DNA from: Macrostomum lignano
Taxonomy: Eukaryota
Reading direction: 5' to 3'
NCBI GenBank assembly: GCA_002269645.1
Contig: NIVC01002178.1
Location: 1 to 64,000, forward strand
Length of the DNA stretch: 64,000 nucleotides
The notes beneath the pieces are model-generated. The model saw nothing but the letters and a program-made list of their open reading frames with translations. It was not told the origin of the DNA and searched no databases. Below are positions 38,504-51,300 of the stretch, piece after piece (position 1 is the stretch's first letter; the number at the start of each line of letters is the position of its first letter). The position numbers were made by a program, and so were the translations under genes.

Positions 38504-39085
38504 CGACGCTTGCCATCCGGACGTTTGCCAGCCGAACGTTTGCCAGCCGGACGTTTGCCAGCCGGTGTTTGCCAGCCGATGTTTGCCAGCCGATGTTTGC
38601 CATCCGGATGTTTGCCAGCCGATGTTTGCCAGCCGATGTTTGCCAGCCGATGTTTGCCAGCCGATGTTTGCCAGCCGGATGTTTGCCAGCCGATGTTTGC
38701 CAGCCGGATGTTTGCCAGCCGATGTTTGCCAGCCGATGTTTGCCAGCCGGATGTTTGCCAGCCGGATGTTTGTCAGCCGATGTTTGCCAGCCGGATGTTT
38801 GCCAGCCGATGTTTGCCAGCCGGATGTTTGCCAGCCGGATGTTTGCCAGCCGATGTTTGCCAGCCGGACATTTGTTGAAGAGGTATGCCCTCTCTAGGCT
38901 TCAATGTACTTGCATTTGAAAACTGCGGGCATAGCGCCAATCTAATTCTACCTCGCTCCCTATAATAACTGCTTAACTATAACTGTAGCAGCACCAAAGC
39001 GTGGCATAGCGACCTGTTACTAAAACATACATTTAAGCCTAGCGAGGGCATAATTCTTTAACAAACGTCCCGCTGGCAAACGTCG
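38504..39085. mobile_element. MITE-like element with ~24-bp imperfect TIRs and an internal 14/15-bp array
   Basis: CGACGCTTGCCATCCGGACGTTTG at 38504 is inverted to CAAACGTCCCGCTGGCAAACGTCG ending 39085. Array GCC(G)GATGTTTGCCA at ~38520-38870. Confidence 0.6.
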
Positions 39086-39164
39086 CTATCCACACTGACA
39101 TAGAACAGACACAGAAACTTAACAGTATCTGTGCATTGGCTTGGAGTACCCTCAGAAATTTTAA

Positions 39165-40013
39165 GCTACTGGATTATTGGCTAGCTAGAATTCAAAGCTA
39201 CTGGATTATTGGCCAGCTGAAATGCAAAGCTACTGGATTATTGGCTAGCTGGAATGCAAAGCTACATGGATTATTGGCTAGCTGGAATGCAAAGCTACTG
39301 GATTATTGGCTAGCTGGAATGCAAAACTACTGGATTATTGGCTAGCTGGAATGCAAAACTACTGGATTATTGGCTAGCTGAAACTCAAAGCTACATGGAT
39401 TATTGGCTAGCTGGAATGCAAAGCTACTGGATTATTGGCTAGCTGGAATGCAAAGCTACAAGCTATAGGATTTTTGGCTAGCTGGAATGCAAAGCTACAT
39501 GGATTATTGGCCAGCTGGAATGCAAAGCTACAGGATTATTGGCTAGCTGGAATGCAAAGCTACATGGATTATTGGCCAGGTGGAATGCAAAGCTACTGGA
39601 TTATTGGCTAGCTGGAACTCAAATCTACTGGATTATTGGCTAGCTAGAATTCAAAGCTACTGGATTATTGGCGCGCTGGAATGCAAAGCTACTGGATTAT
39701 TGGCTAGCTAGAATTCAAAGCTACTGGATTATTGGCCAGCTGGAATGCAAAGCTACATGGATTATTGGCCAGCTGGAATGCAAAGCTACTGGATTATTGG
39801 CTAGCTGGAATGCAAAGCTACTGGATTATTGGCCAGCTGGAATGCAAAGCTACTGGATTATTGGCTAGCTGGAATGCAAAGCTACTGGATTATTGGCTAG
39901 CTGGAATGCAAAGCTACTGGATTATTGGCTAGCTGGAACTCAAAGCTACTGGATTATTGGCTAGCTGGAACTCAAAGCTACTGGATTATTGGCTAGCTGG
40001 AACTCAAAGCTAC
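39165..40013. repeat. 32/33-bp satellite (GGATTATTGGCTAGCTGGAATGCAAAGCTACT)n
   Basis: Visible tandem array. Confidence 0.97.
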
Positions 40014-42386
40014 TCAATCCTCTCATACAGTTGGCAGACTCAGTTCGCGGTGGCCTAAAAAATGGTTGAAATATATACCTGACTGCAATCGTTAAAATTT
40101 GAAAAATAAAGCGATTGAATTTCTTTAACCTGGTTAATTTTTTATTTATTCCACTTCGTTGTCTGAAGAAAACTTGAGCATTGGAATTTTTTAAAATATT
40201 TGTGCCCCTCTATATAACTTAGTATGGCGCAAGACTGCTTTAAACTTGCAGTCATCCTCAGAAGGCGTGCGTAGGCTGCAACTTTCTGGTAAATTTCCAT
40301 TACTGTTTTATTGCTCAAACTTTTAAGTGAGCTTTATTTTTATCTCTCTTAACCGTTCATATTGTAACCTATTAAACTTAAATATTGCCCGGTCCATTGC
40401 TTTGGAAATTTTTCTAAGCTACGTACTTGACAATTAAGTTCAATTAACTTAAGTGCGATATTTCCAGTTAATGCTGACTTTGTTATCAGTAGGTCACATC
40501 ACATTCCAACATTTTTATCTGTTAATCTGTTATGTTATCTTTAACAGGTTCGCGTCAGCTCAAGCTTTCACTCCTTAAGAATGTGTAAGCATGTTTATTA
40601 AAAAATATCCGACAGATCTCACGTGGTTGTTTAAATCTATAGGGAAGTTTCTGGATTCTTCTCTCGTGGTTTGTGTTACTGAATCGTTTTCTAACCTAAA
40701 AGTCTGAAGGTCGCAGCCTGGCTGCTGTTGACTCAGCCAATACCGACCCTTCCTCCTTATCTGCAAGCCAAACCCTTCGGCCACGCGTCTGCTGCGTGTC
40801 TGTGGGGGTGCAAGGACGGGTGCAGGGAGGCGGGTCGGGGGCGTGCACGGCAGCCCCCCAGTCTCTGCTCTTTGGTCTGAGTCTGACCAAAGCCAAGCCT
40901 TTTTAACCATGCAGCGCGAAAAATGCAACGTGGCCATTTTAATAAAGTGCAGTCTTGGAAGTTTTAGGGGCGTTCATATTTAATAGTTCTTTGAAAGATT
41001 CATACGCGAATGCAAATAAAAGTACCGAGGTTTCTTGGAATCAGACTTAGTTTGGATTTGTTTTTAGCGCGTCCCCAGTTGACCTGTGGACTGTACTGCA
41101 TGCAGACAGTCATTCTTTCATATGCCGAGGATGAAGGCTGGAGGAGCCTGGTGGGGGGAAGAGGGTCAATGTTTGATTGCACTGCACTGCTTGAAGTCCA
41201 ATGCATCTTCATCACACTGGCAGTGCATGAAAAGCAAACTGATGGTTTTAAGGGGTCATTCGTCTCGCTTTTTCAGCTGCAGCTTTCAGCAACTTAATTT
41301 TTTTTCTACTGCTCAAAATCGGCTCAGACTCAAACAAGATTTTTCTGATTGCTAAAGCAGTTATTACCTATTGGTCGATAAACTGCTCTGCAATCTCGCA
41401 CTGTCGGTCTGGCTAGTTGGAGTTGGATCACCTACAAATTCATGCTCACATTCTGTCTGCGATGCAAAAGTCGACGACACAGTCTCACCTCACTATACAT
41501 ATCGAAATCCTAAGCCTATAGCCTATCTTGAGTTTCTATGAGTAATCAGTCCATTCATTTTTTAATTCTGTGTAATCGCCCGAGGATCTCGTCTTTTAAG
41601 ACTCTTTTACAGTGCACCTAAAATCAAACCAATATTTTTATGTCTATTCAGGGACGCCTTAAGTCAGGTTTTTAAGCTTCAGAGGTCCCTGTCCCTGGCC
41701 GGCTGGCCCATTCTTTTTTTCTTCTCATGATATTGTTTCTCAGGTAGCACGTGCTGCTCACCCACAACCCAATCCTGTCCTTTTAAAAAAACAGGAGAAT
41801 CCAGGGCCTGGTATTTTTGTTAATATCGCTTGTTTAATATAAGTTTACTACACATTTTCTCAAGGCCAAATCAAAGTATGTGCATATTATTTGCTAGGAG
41901 GAATTCTTGCCCGTGGGTAAGATGTACAATAGATTATCACGCAGTCATGCGCCTGGCAGCGCGTGTTTTTGTGGAAAACTGGAAAACTGGTTTAGTGCCT
42001 TCTGTATTTCAAGAATCTCCCGCTCAGTGCTATTTTTAGCTCTCTCTGCCCACTATCACACTGCGTGATCGCTTCACTGAGTGTAAGCATCTACAGGAAA
42101 CCTTCCCAAATTGCCACGCGCGAGCCTCGTGCTATCCGCCCATTGGTCTGGGCCTAGGTCAACCTCCACACACCCCAGCTCCCCCACGCCCCCAAACTGA
42201 GAATTAGCACTAGTATTTAACTAGCGCCCTTGCCAATCCCAGAGAAAGCAAGCGTTGGAGCGTCTCCTAGCATCAGAACTCGTTTGAACCGGCTGAATTC
42301 TCAGTATCGCTATCTGCCACTCCCTTAATACGAGCGTAAGCCTGATTTTTGTTTTCTCAACTGCTTCTTATAACCACTATTGAAGA

Positions 42387-43846
42387 ATGAGCGAATACTA
42401 CAGTTCCTTCCAAGAGACTGGGCTGACCCTTCTGGTTGACCGCCAACGAATTGGCCAAAGCGACGCTTTCCACCTGAATGCGGCATCGATTGCTGCCGCC
42501 GCCGCCGCCGCTGCTGTAGCTGGTAAGAATGCCGCCACTGCTGCGCTGCATTCCGGCGACTGGCCCGAGCAGGCTAGGAAGTCTTGGTAAGTATCCTGTG
42601 ACCTGTGTCTCTTGCTGACTTGCTGACTATATAGGACTCTAGTCTGTTAATGTTGGGACAAACTCTAGACCAATGCTTGGTAAATAACTATTGCGTAATA
42701 CTTTCGATCAATGTTACCTTCCTGGTTTGGCATCAGAAAATTCCAGAAAATTCTAGAATGTTCGAAACTTCTCTTCCGCTTACTTAGCTACTTGTAGTAG
42801 TATTAAATGAAAAAGCTTTTCGTCTTTAAATGATTCCAGTTTCTTAGAAAGATTTTTAAAAAATCAAGATTTGATTTTTTTATTTAAACCACCCTTAATT
42901 GAAAAAGAGATTGGAAAAAAGTGTTTCAAGTTAGCAACTGAGCTATTATTATCAAATTTTTCAGCATCAACCGTCTCCATGGCAACGGCTCGTGGGTGCG
43001 CTACTGCGCTTGCGAAGACTGCCAGCGCGTCCACGCTGTCCGTTTCAGGCGGAGCAGCAACGGAAGCAGCAACGGCGATGTCCAGCTGGTAGATGACGAG
43101 CCGACGCTGGTCGCGGACGAGAATTTGCGAATGACCTACGAAGTTTGGGGACTGCGCCAGAATGAGCTGCCAGTGAAAGGTAGGTCTGAGTATTGATCAA
43201 ATTAATGCTCAAGTTCGATTTCTGCAAAGTTTTTAACGCTTTCAAAAACAATATACAACTCAATGCCACCGCAGGCACCTACGTGGACCCGAAGATCCTG
43301 CCGGGCTTCAAGTACCGAGTTCGCTGCCTCGGCCCGGGCGGCCGCTCCGTCTTCCCCGAGCCGCGCCGCCTGCTCAGCATCGGTGCCGGCTACGGCAAGC
43401 GGCTCACCTTCGATGTCAAGTCGCTGAGCTCCGGCGAGGGCGCCAACAGGCGGCCAGTGGACCACTTCTGGTCGGACAGCTGGCCGGAGGGCTACGCCCT
43501 CTCCCTGTCTGCCCTGGACGTCGGCCAGCGATTCGCCTTGCAGACCCGCAGCGGCCAGGAGATCGGCCGCGCCGAGGTCACGTGGACGGCGCCGGAGCCA
43601 GCAGAGTGTCGCCTGCGGCTCGGCGCCGACTTCGTTGTGGCCAGCGTGCCAGTGGCTTTCCGGGCCAGCGTCGGCCTGACCGCCTGCCGCTGTCTGCTCG
43701 GTTGCCATGACTACGAAGACGTGGCCATGACCGGTATTGCTCGACTGGAGCGGCCTGCCGGCTCCCGGGCGGTGGCCACGGTGGCCCGAGTTGACGGAGT
43801 TCGGCTGCCGAGCCTGCCCGATCTGCGTCTGGTGCCGATCGATTGA
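42387..43846 (+). CDS. Uncharacterised protein, 3 exons, ~328 aa
   Basis: Exons 42387-42586 (donor GTAAGT, phase 2), 42965-43179 (phase 1) and 43275-43846 join in frame. The globular-looking C-half contains GTYVDPKILPGFKYRVR, IGAGYGKRLTF and FWSDSWPEGY. Confidence 0.8.
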
Positions 43847-44288
43847 TTTGTTGATCGATTTTTCCAAGAAACCTCTGGGTTGATCAAATTTTCCAAGAAA
43901 CTTCTGGGTTGATCGATGATCGATTTTTCCAAGAAACCTCTGGAAAACTAATTGGGGCTTTTCGATGTTTCTACGATAGCTATTTCTTAGAAACTGTCGG
44001 ATTCGGTGTCCGAATTCGTCCCCGCTGTAATATCTATTCATCTTGGGAGGGAGAGACCAACAGCAAGACTTCCCGAGTCCAGAACCAGAACATCTGGGGG
44101 GGGGGGGTTACAAAAAGCCGTTCACCTCGGTATTGCTCACTAGTCATGTTTGATGTTGCGGCATTCTGTACTGACTGTCTCCGCTCTTTGTAGCACCGGA
44201 CTGCCATTCGGATGCATTCGTCGCCTTCATACTTTCGACACAATTTTGTGCTTTTTCTGTAAAAAGTATATATAATTTAACTCGTCTC

Positions 44289-44330
44289 CAGCCGCATAGC
44301 AACACCATAGCAACTGTTGCTATGCGGCTG
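44289..44330. promoter_or_regulatory. Perfect 16-bp inverted repeat containing three CATAGCAAC RFX-like half sites
   Basis: CAGCCGCATAGCAACA-CCATAGCAAC-TGTTGCTATGCGGCTG. Confidence 0.4.
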
Positions 44331-45222
44331 TCGCGGCTCGATGACTCACTCCCCCTGCTCCCCTTTTCGATCCGTTAGCTCAGCAAGATACCCTACCACA
44401 GCTTGGCGTAGCTTTATCAGCTTGTTTTAATATTGAATATATATTTTTCCATTACTTGTATTGGTGTATAATTTATTAATATTTTATTTATTACTCGTTA
44501 ATAGTCTTCGTTAGAACCAGGCTGATAAAGCTGTGGTGTATCAAGCTCCCGCGAGTTTAGTTGTGCTTATATATTACTTACATCTATACAAAACTGTATT
44601 TTTTAGCCTTTTTCACGTTGGCATTCGTTTTGCCCTTTTTTCTCTGTACGCTCGTTTTGCCTCGTCGCTCCACAAGCCGCTAGCGATCGAGTCTCCGCTT
44701 CCTGAACCAATCTAACCAACTGCCTCGCAGCTCCCGATGCTAGCAGTAATATGCTGGCAAAATACCAGCTTATTACTAACTATCCTACTCATAATAGTAG
44801 CGCATCGCGAATATTATCCGAGCTGCGAACCAGTTTATTGCTGGCTATTCTGGCTGTATTTTATCGTTAACCGTTAGCCAACTTTGGCCCATAACTAGTA
44901 TTGGTTTCTTAGTTCTTGTATCACACGGGCCGCGCGAATAGCAAAATTCTATGTTATTTATCGAATGTATTACAAAAAGTTTTCCTAAACCGATGGTTTT
45001 TTGTTCGCCGCCGAATCTTTCGATCCGACCCCAGAAATCTGATTTGGGGCTTTTATTGTGCGCTAGCCAATGCGTTTGTTGTTGTTTTTTACAATAAATT
45101 TGTGAGGCCATTTTTTGAGCAAAACAACTTTGCTTCATAATATAAATTTCATCACTTCATCACTTTTTTGGGGAGTTTATGATACTGTTTTCTGCACATT
45201 CCGCTCACTCCTGAGTATATAT

Positions 45223-47925
45223 GGGATAAGCCACTTGGGTTTTAGGATAAGCCACTTGGGTTTTAGGATAAGCCACTTGGGTTTTAGGATAAGCCACTTG
45301 GGTTTTAGGATAAGCCACTTGGGTTTTAGGATAAGCCACTTGGGTTTTAGGATAAGCCACTTGGGTTTTAGGGTAAGCCACTTGGGTTTTAGGATAAATC
45401 ACTAGGGTTTTAGGATAAGCCACTAGGGTTTTAGGATAAGGCACTTTGGTTTTAGTATAAGCCACTAGGGTTTTAGGTTTGGGGGTTTAGGTTTGGTTTT
45501 AGGGTTTTAGGCACTTTGGTTTTAGGATAAGACCTGGGTTTTTGTATAAGCCTCTTTAGTTTTAGGATAAGCCTCTTTGAGTCTATGGTTTAAGGATAAG
45601 CCACTTGGGTTTAGGATAAGCCACTTGGTTTTTTATACAAGGCACTTTGGTTTTAGGATAAGACCTGGGTTTTTGTATAAGCCTCTTTAGTTTTAGGATA
45701 AGCCTCTTTGAGTCTATGGTTTAAGGATAAGCCACTTGGGTTTAGGATAAGCCACTTGGTTTTTTATACAAGCCACTAGAGTTTTAGGATAAGACACTTG
45801 GGTTTTTATACAAGCCACTTGGGTTTTAGGATAAGCCACTAGGGTTTTAGGATAAGCCACTTGGGTTTTAGGATAAGCCAGTTGGGTTTTAGGATAAGCC
45901 ACTAGGGTTTTAGGATAAGCCACTAGGGTTTTAGGATAAGCCACTTGGGTTTTAGGATAAGCCACTAGGGTTTTAGGATAAGCCACTTGGGTTTTAGGAT
46001 AAGCCACTTGGGTTTTAGGATAAGCCACTAGGGTTTTAGGATAAGCCACTAGGGTTTTAGGATAAGCCACTTGGGTTTTAGGATAAGCCACTTGGGTTTT
46101 AGGATAAGCCACTAGGGTTTTAGGATAAGCCACTAGGGTTTTAGGATAAGCCACTTGGGTTTTAGGATAAGCCACTTGGGTTTCAGGATAAGCCACTTGG
46201 GTTTTAGGATAAGCCACTTGGGTTTTAGGATAAGCCACTAGGGTTTTAGGATAAGCCACTTGGGTTTTAGGATAAGCCAGTTGGGTTTTAGGATAAGCCA
46301 CTAGGGTTTTAGGATAAGCCACTTGGGTTTTAGGATAAGCCACTAGGGTTTTAGGATAAGCCACTTGGGTTTTAGGATAAGCCACTTGGGTTTTAGGATA
46401 AGCCACTTGGGTTTCAGGATAAGCCACTTGGGTTTTAGGATAAGCCACTTGGGTTTTAGGATAAGCCACTTGGGTTTTAGGATAAGCCACTAGGGTTTTA
46501 GGATAAGCCACTAGGGTTTTAGGATAAGCCACTTGGGTTTTAGGATAAGCCACTTGGGTTTTAGGATAAGCCACTAGGGTTTTAGGATAAGCCACTAGGG
46601 TTTTAGGATAAGCCACTAGGGTTTTAGGATAAGCCACTTGGGTTTTAGGATAAGCCACTTGGGTTTCAGGATAAGCCACTTGGGTTTTAGGATAAGCCAC
46701 TTGGGTTTTAGAATAAGCCACTTGGGTTTTAGGATAAGCCACTTGGGTTTTAGAATAAGCCACTTGGGTTTTAGGATAAGCCACTTGGGTTTTAGGATAA
46801 GCCACTTGGGTTTTAGGATAAGCCACTTGGGTTTAGGATAAGCCACTAGGGTTTTAGGATAAGCCACTAGGGTTTTAGGATAAGCCACTTGGGTTTTAGG
46901 ATAAGCCACTTGGGTTTCAGGATAAGCCACTTGGGTTTTAGGATAAGCCACTTGGGTTTTAGAATAAGCCACTTGGGTTTTAGGATAAGCCACTTGGGTT
47001 TTAGGATAAGCCACTTGGGTTTTAGGATAAGCCACTTGGGTTTTAGGATAAGCCACTTGGGTTTTAGGGTAAGCCACTTGGGTTTTAGGATAAATCACTA
47101 GGGTTTTAGGATAAGCCACTAGGGTTTTAGGATAAGGCACTTGGGTTTTAGGATAAATCACTAGGGTTTTAGGATAAGCCACTAGGGTTTTAGGATAAGG
47201 CACTTTGGTTTTAGTATAAGCCACTAGGGTTTTAGGTTTGGGGGTTTAGGTTTGGTTTTAGGGTTTTAGGCACTTTGGTTTTAGGATAAGACCTGGGTTT
47301 TTGTATAAGCCTCTTTAGTTTTAGGATAAGCCTCTTTGAGTCTATGGTTTAAGGATAAGCCACTTGGGTTTAGGATAAGCCACTTGGTTTTTTATACAAG
47401 GCACTTTGGTTTTAGGATAAGACCTGGGTTTTTGTATAAGCCTCTTTAGTTTTAGGATAAGCCTCTTTGAGTCTATGGTTTAAGGATAAGCCACTTGGGT
47501 TTAGAATAAGCCACTTGGTTTTTTATACAAGCCACTAGAGTTTTAGGATAAGACACTTGGGTTTTTATACAAGCCACTTGGGTTTTAGGATAAGACACTT
47601 GGGTTTTTATACAAGCCACTTGGGTTTTAGGATAAGACAAATTAGGCTTTTAGAGCCACTAGGGTTTTAGGATAAGACAAATTAGGCTTTTAGAGCCACT
47701 AGGGTTTTAGGATAAGCCACTTTGGTTTTAGGACAAGCCTCTATGATTTTAGGATAAGCCTATATGGCTTTATGATGAGCCACTTTAGTCTTAGGATAAG
47801 TCACTAGGGTTCTAAGATAAGCCACTAGGGTTTTAGGATAAGCCACTAGGGTTTTAGGATAAGCCAGTAGGTTTATACGCGGGTTTTCGGATAGTTTTTA
47901 GGTTTTAGGGTTCGGTTTTAGGTTC
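45223..47925. repeat. Telomere-like 21-bp satellite (GGGTTTTAGGATAAGCCACTT)n with an internal ~1.76-kb duplication
   Basis: Visible array. TTTAGG(G)-like patches at ~45470, ~47230 and ~47895. Block ~45440-45830 recurs at ~47200-47590. Confidence 0.95.
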
Positions 47926-48387
47926 CTAAGTAGTAGAATAAAGTAATAGGGCTTAAGTATAAATAAATGAGCCACCTGTTTACGATAAGCGATTGGCCTA
48001 ACAGAATTATGTATCTGGGTTGTAGAGATTTTTTGAAAGCGCAAAATATTGGGTCAAAGATAAGTTATTTTTAGCCTTTATCTTGAACCTTAATTGTTGT
48101 GGACATTTTACAGTATCAGGTGGCATCAGTTTTCTGTGGTGTTCACTTGAGATCATTTTGATCGGCTGATACCGATCGTCTGAGCTTGTAAATAAGATAA
48201 GAAATCGCAGAGTACTTTGATCTGAGAAATTAATAACCATATATTTCGATAAGTATTACTACTAGTAGGCACAGTTGAAAAGTAGCAAGTTAAAAAGTGC
48301 AGCAATAGGGATTATTCCTGGAAATCGTAACGCTTGAGCAGCAGGTGAAAATTATCCCAGGTGAATTCTATACGTTACTTCAATAGT

Positions 48388-51300
48388 TCAGGGGTTTGAG
48401 TCCTCGGCTGGAGCTGCTGCGGGCACCTCCGCCTCAGCCGCCGGCACGACAGCCGGATCGGAGGTGACGAAGGCGCGCAGCAAGACAGTGTAGGTCTCAG
48501 TGACGTCACCGCGCAGGGTCACTACGATGCTGGTCTCCACTGGGACGTTCGGCTGGGTGAGAGAGGAGGGTGGATTGAGGCGCTTGTTGAAACAGGGAGA
48601 GGGGGAGAGTTAAAGGGAGAAAGGTGGGATGTACAGAGCGTTCATGGGAAGAGAAAGCTTGAGACGAATTAAACTTACATCCTGAGTTGGCGGAGGGTTC
48701 CAGGTGAACACGACGGGCTTCTTGGTGCCAGCTTCCACTTGGCCCTTCACCGAGTCGATGGAGAATCCCAGCGCGCCGATGACGTTCGTGTTTTCAAAAG
48801 TGTACTCGGCGTTCTGAAGAGGAGCATTGCATCGTCATGGAAGCCGATGGAAAATCGAATTAACAGTAGTAGCAAACGCATTTCTTTCTTTGAATTTTCC
48901 CCTCGCTAAAAAAATTTGTGCCAAATCTCTAGTCAGCTCAATCATGGACTCTTTTGTATCCTTGACTAATTTTAGAGCAACACAAAACAGATCTTTTTTG
49001 TAGTTCCGCTGCTAACGAAAACAACGACGTAATCCATTATAATGGCTTATAATTACCTTTTTCTGACTGACGGCCATGGTCCTGACGCAGCCGACGTACA
49101 TTGTTCGATTAGCCGGTGAGATCACGCCGTCAACTGAGCACACGGCGCCAAAGGTGAGCAGAATGGCGCCAGCGGGGGCCTTGGGGTCTGGAATTCGGCA
49201 TGTGCAACTTGCAGGGTACTTCTACATGACTTCTAAAAGCTAAAAATTCTCTACATGACTAAATTCCCACATTATTTTGAGATTTTGGGGTGTTGTTAGC
49301 ACTCATTTTAGCGGCAGGCACTCATTTTGGCGCCGAAGGCGTCATAGTTTGGCTCCCGGAAGCAAAATTATTGATTTTCCACAACGGGTCACAAGGTAGG
49401 GCGGTGGCACAAAACAAAGCACTGGCCTGTTCCCCCACTGAGCCACTGAGCAGCTCAACTAACACGAGTCACCCACACAGACAACCAGAGAGTCACCCCC
49501 ACAGTCAACCAAAGAGTCACCCACACAGACAACCAAAGAGTCACCCACACAGTCAACCAAAGAGTCACCCACACAGACAACCAAAGAGTCACCCACACAG
49601 ACAACCAAAGAGTCACCCACACAGACAATCAGAGAGTCACCCACACAGACAACCAGAGAGTCAGCCACACAGACAACCAAAGAGTCACCCACACAGACAA
49701 CCAGAGAGTCACCCACACAGACAATCAGAGAGTCACCCACACAGACAATCAGAGAGTCACCCACACAGACAATCAGAGAGTCACCCACACAGACAATCAG
49801 AGAGTCACCCACACAGACAATCAGTGAGTCACCCACACAGACAACCAGAGAGTCACCCACACAGACAACCAGAGAGTCACCCACACAGACAATCAGAGAG
49901 TCACCCACACAGACAACCAAAGAGTCACCCACACAGACAATCAAAGAGTCACCCACACAGACAACCAGAGTCACCCACACAGACAACCAAAGAGTCACCC
50001 AACCAACAACAGACACTGAAACCCTGAAGACGCACCTTCGGTGACGGTGCCTCTGAACGCGGCGGCGAGGCACTCGACCTCGGAGCGGATGGCGTCGCCT
50101 CCGCCAAGGTAGGCGATGTGTGGCTTGGCCTGGCCGACCAGCCTCAGCTTGTGCGCTTCCTCCTTGTCGAAGATCAGCACTCGCAGGATGTCCGAGTAGC
50201 AGTCAGAGACTCGATCTGGCGCGAACGTCACCGTCAGGGAGGCCGTCTGGCCAGCCGGGATGTCGCCGGCGCAGGGCACGCAGTCGAACACCGCCTGGCC
50301 GCTGCGGTTCTGCACGCCCAGCGCCGCAGCTCGGCCTCCAGGGGCGAATACTGGCGGATGCTGCGCCTCCTGTGGACGGGGGGTCGTTTGGGAGTCATTG
50401 GAATCTACGTGAACCGGTTAGGAGTCAGTGGAATCGACAGGATCCGGTTGGGAGTCAGTTGAATCTACAGGAACCAGGTGGAAGTCAGTGGAATCTACAA
50501 GAACCGGTTAGGAGTCAGTGGAATCTACAGGAACCGGTTAGGAGTCAGTGGAATCCACGGGAACCGGGTGAAGTCAGTGGAATCTACGGGAACCGGTTAG
50601 GAGTCAGTGGAATCTACAGGAACCGGTTAGGAGTCAGTGGAATCTACAGGAACCGAGTGAAGTCAGTGGAATCTACAAGAACCGGTTAGGAGTCAGTGGA
50701 ATCTACGGGAACCGGTTGGGAGTCAGTGGAATCTACAGGAACTGGGTGGAAGTCAGTGGAATCTACAGGAACCGGTTAGGAGTCAGTGGAATCTACAGGA
50801 ACCGGTTGGGAGTCAGTGGAATCTACAGGAACCGGGTGGAAGTCAGTGGAATCTACAGGAACCGGGTGGAAGTCAGTGGAATCTACAGGAACTGGGTGGA
50901 AGTCAGTGGAATCTACAGGAACCGGTTAGGAGTCAGTGGAATCTACAGGAACCGGGTGGAAGTCAGTGGAATCTACAGGAACTGGGTGGAAGTCAGTGGA
51001 ATCTACAAGAACCGGTTAGGAGTCAGTGGAATCTACAGGAACTGGGTGGAAGTCAGTGGAATCTACAGGAACTGGGTGGAAGTCAGTGGAATCTACAGGA
51101 ACTGGGTGGAAGTCAGTTGAATCTACAGGAACTGGGTGAAGTCAGTGGAATCTAAAAGAACCGGTTAGGAGTCAGTGGAATCTACAGGAACCGGTTAGGA
51201 GTCAGTGGAATCTACAGGAACCGGGTGGAAGTCAGTGGAATCTACGGGAACCGGTTAGGAGTCAGTGGAATCTACAGGAACCGGGTGGAAGTCAGTGGAA

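Noticed and set aside
37176-39932. Cys/Ser-rich repetitive ORFs
   Set aside because: Satellite translations in multiple frames.
43202-44041. 279-aa antisense ORF
   Set aside because: Shadow of the plus-strand exon 3; no splice or motif support.
45714-47224. 370-aa and 202-aa (VAYPKTQ)n ORFs
   Set aside because: A 21-bp unit without stops in one frame; satellite artefact.
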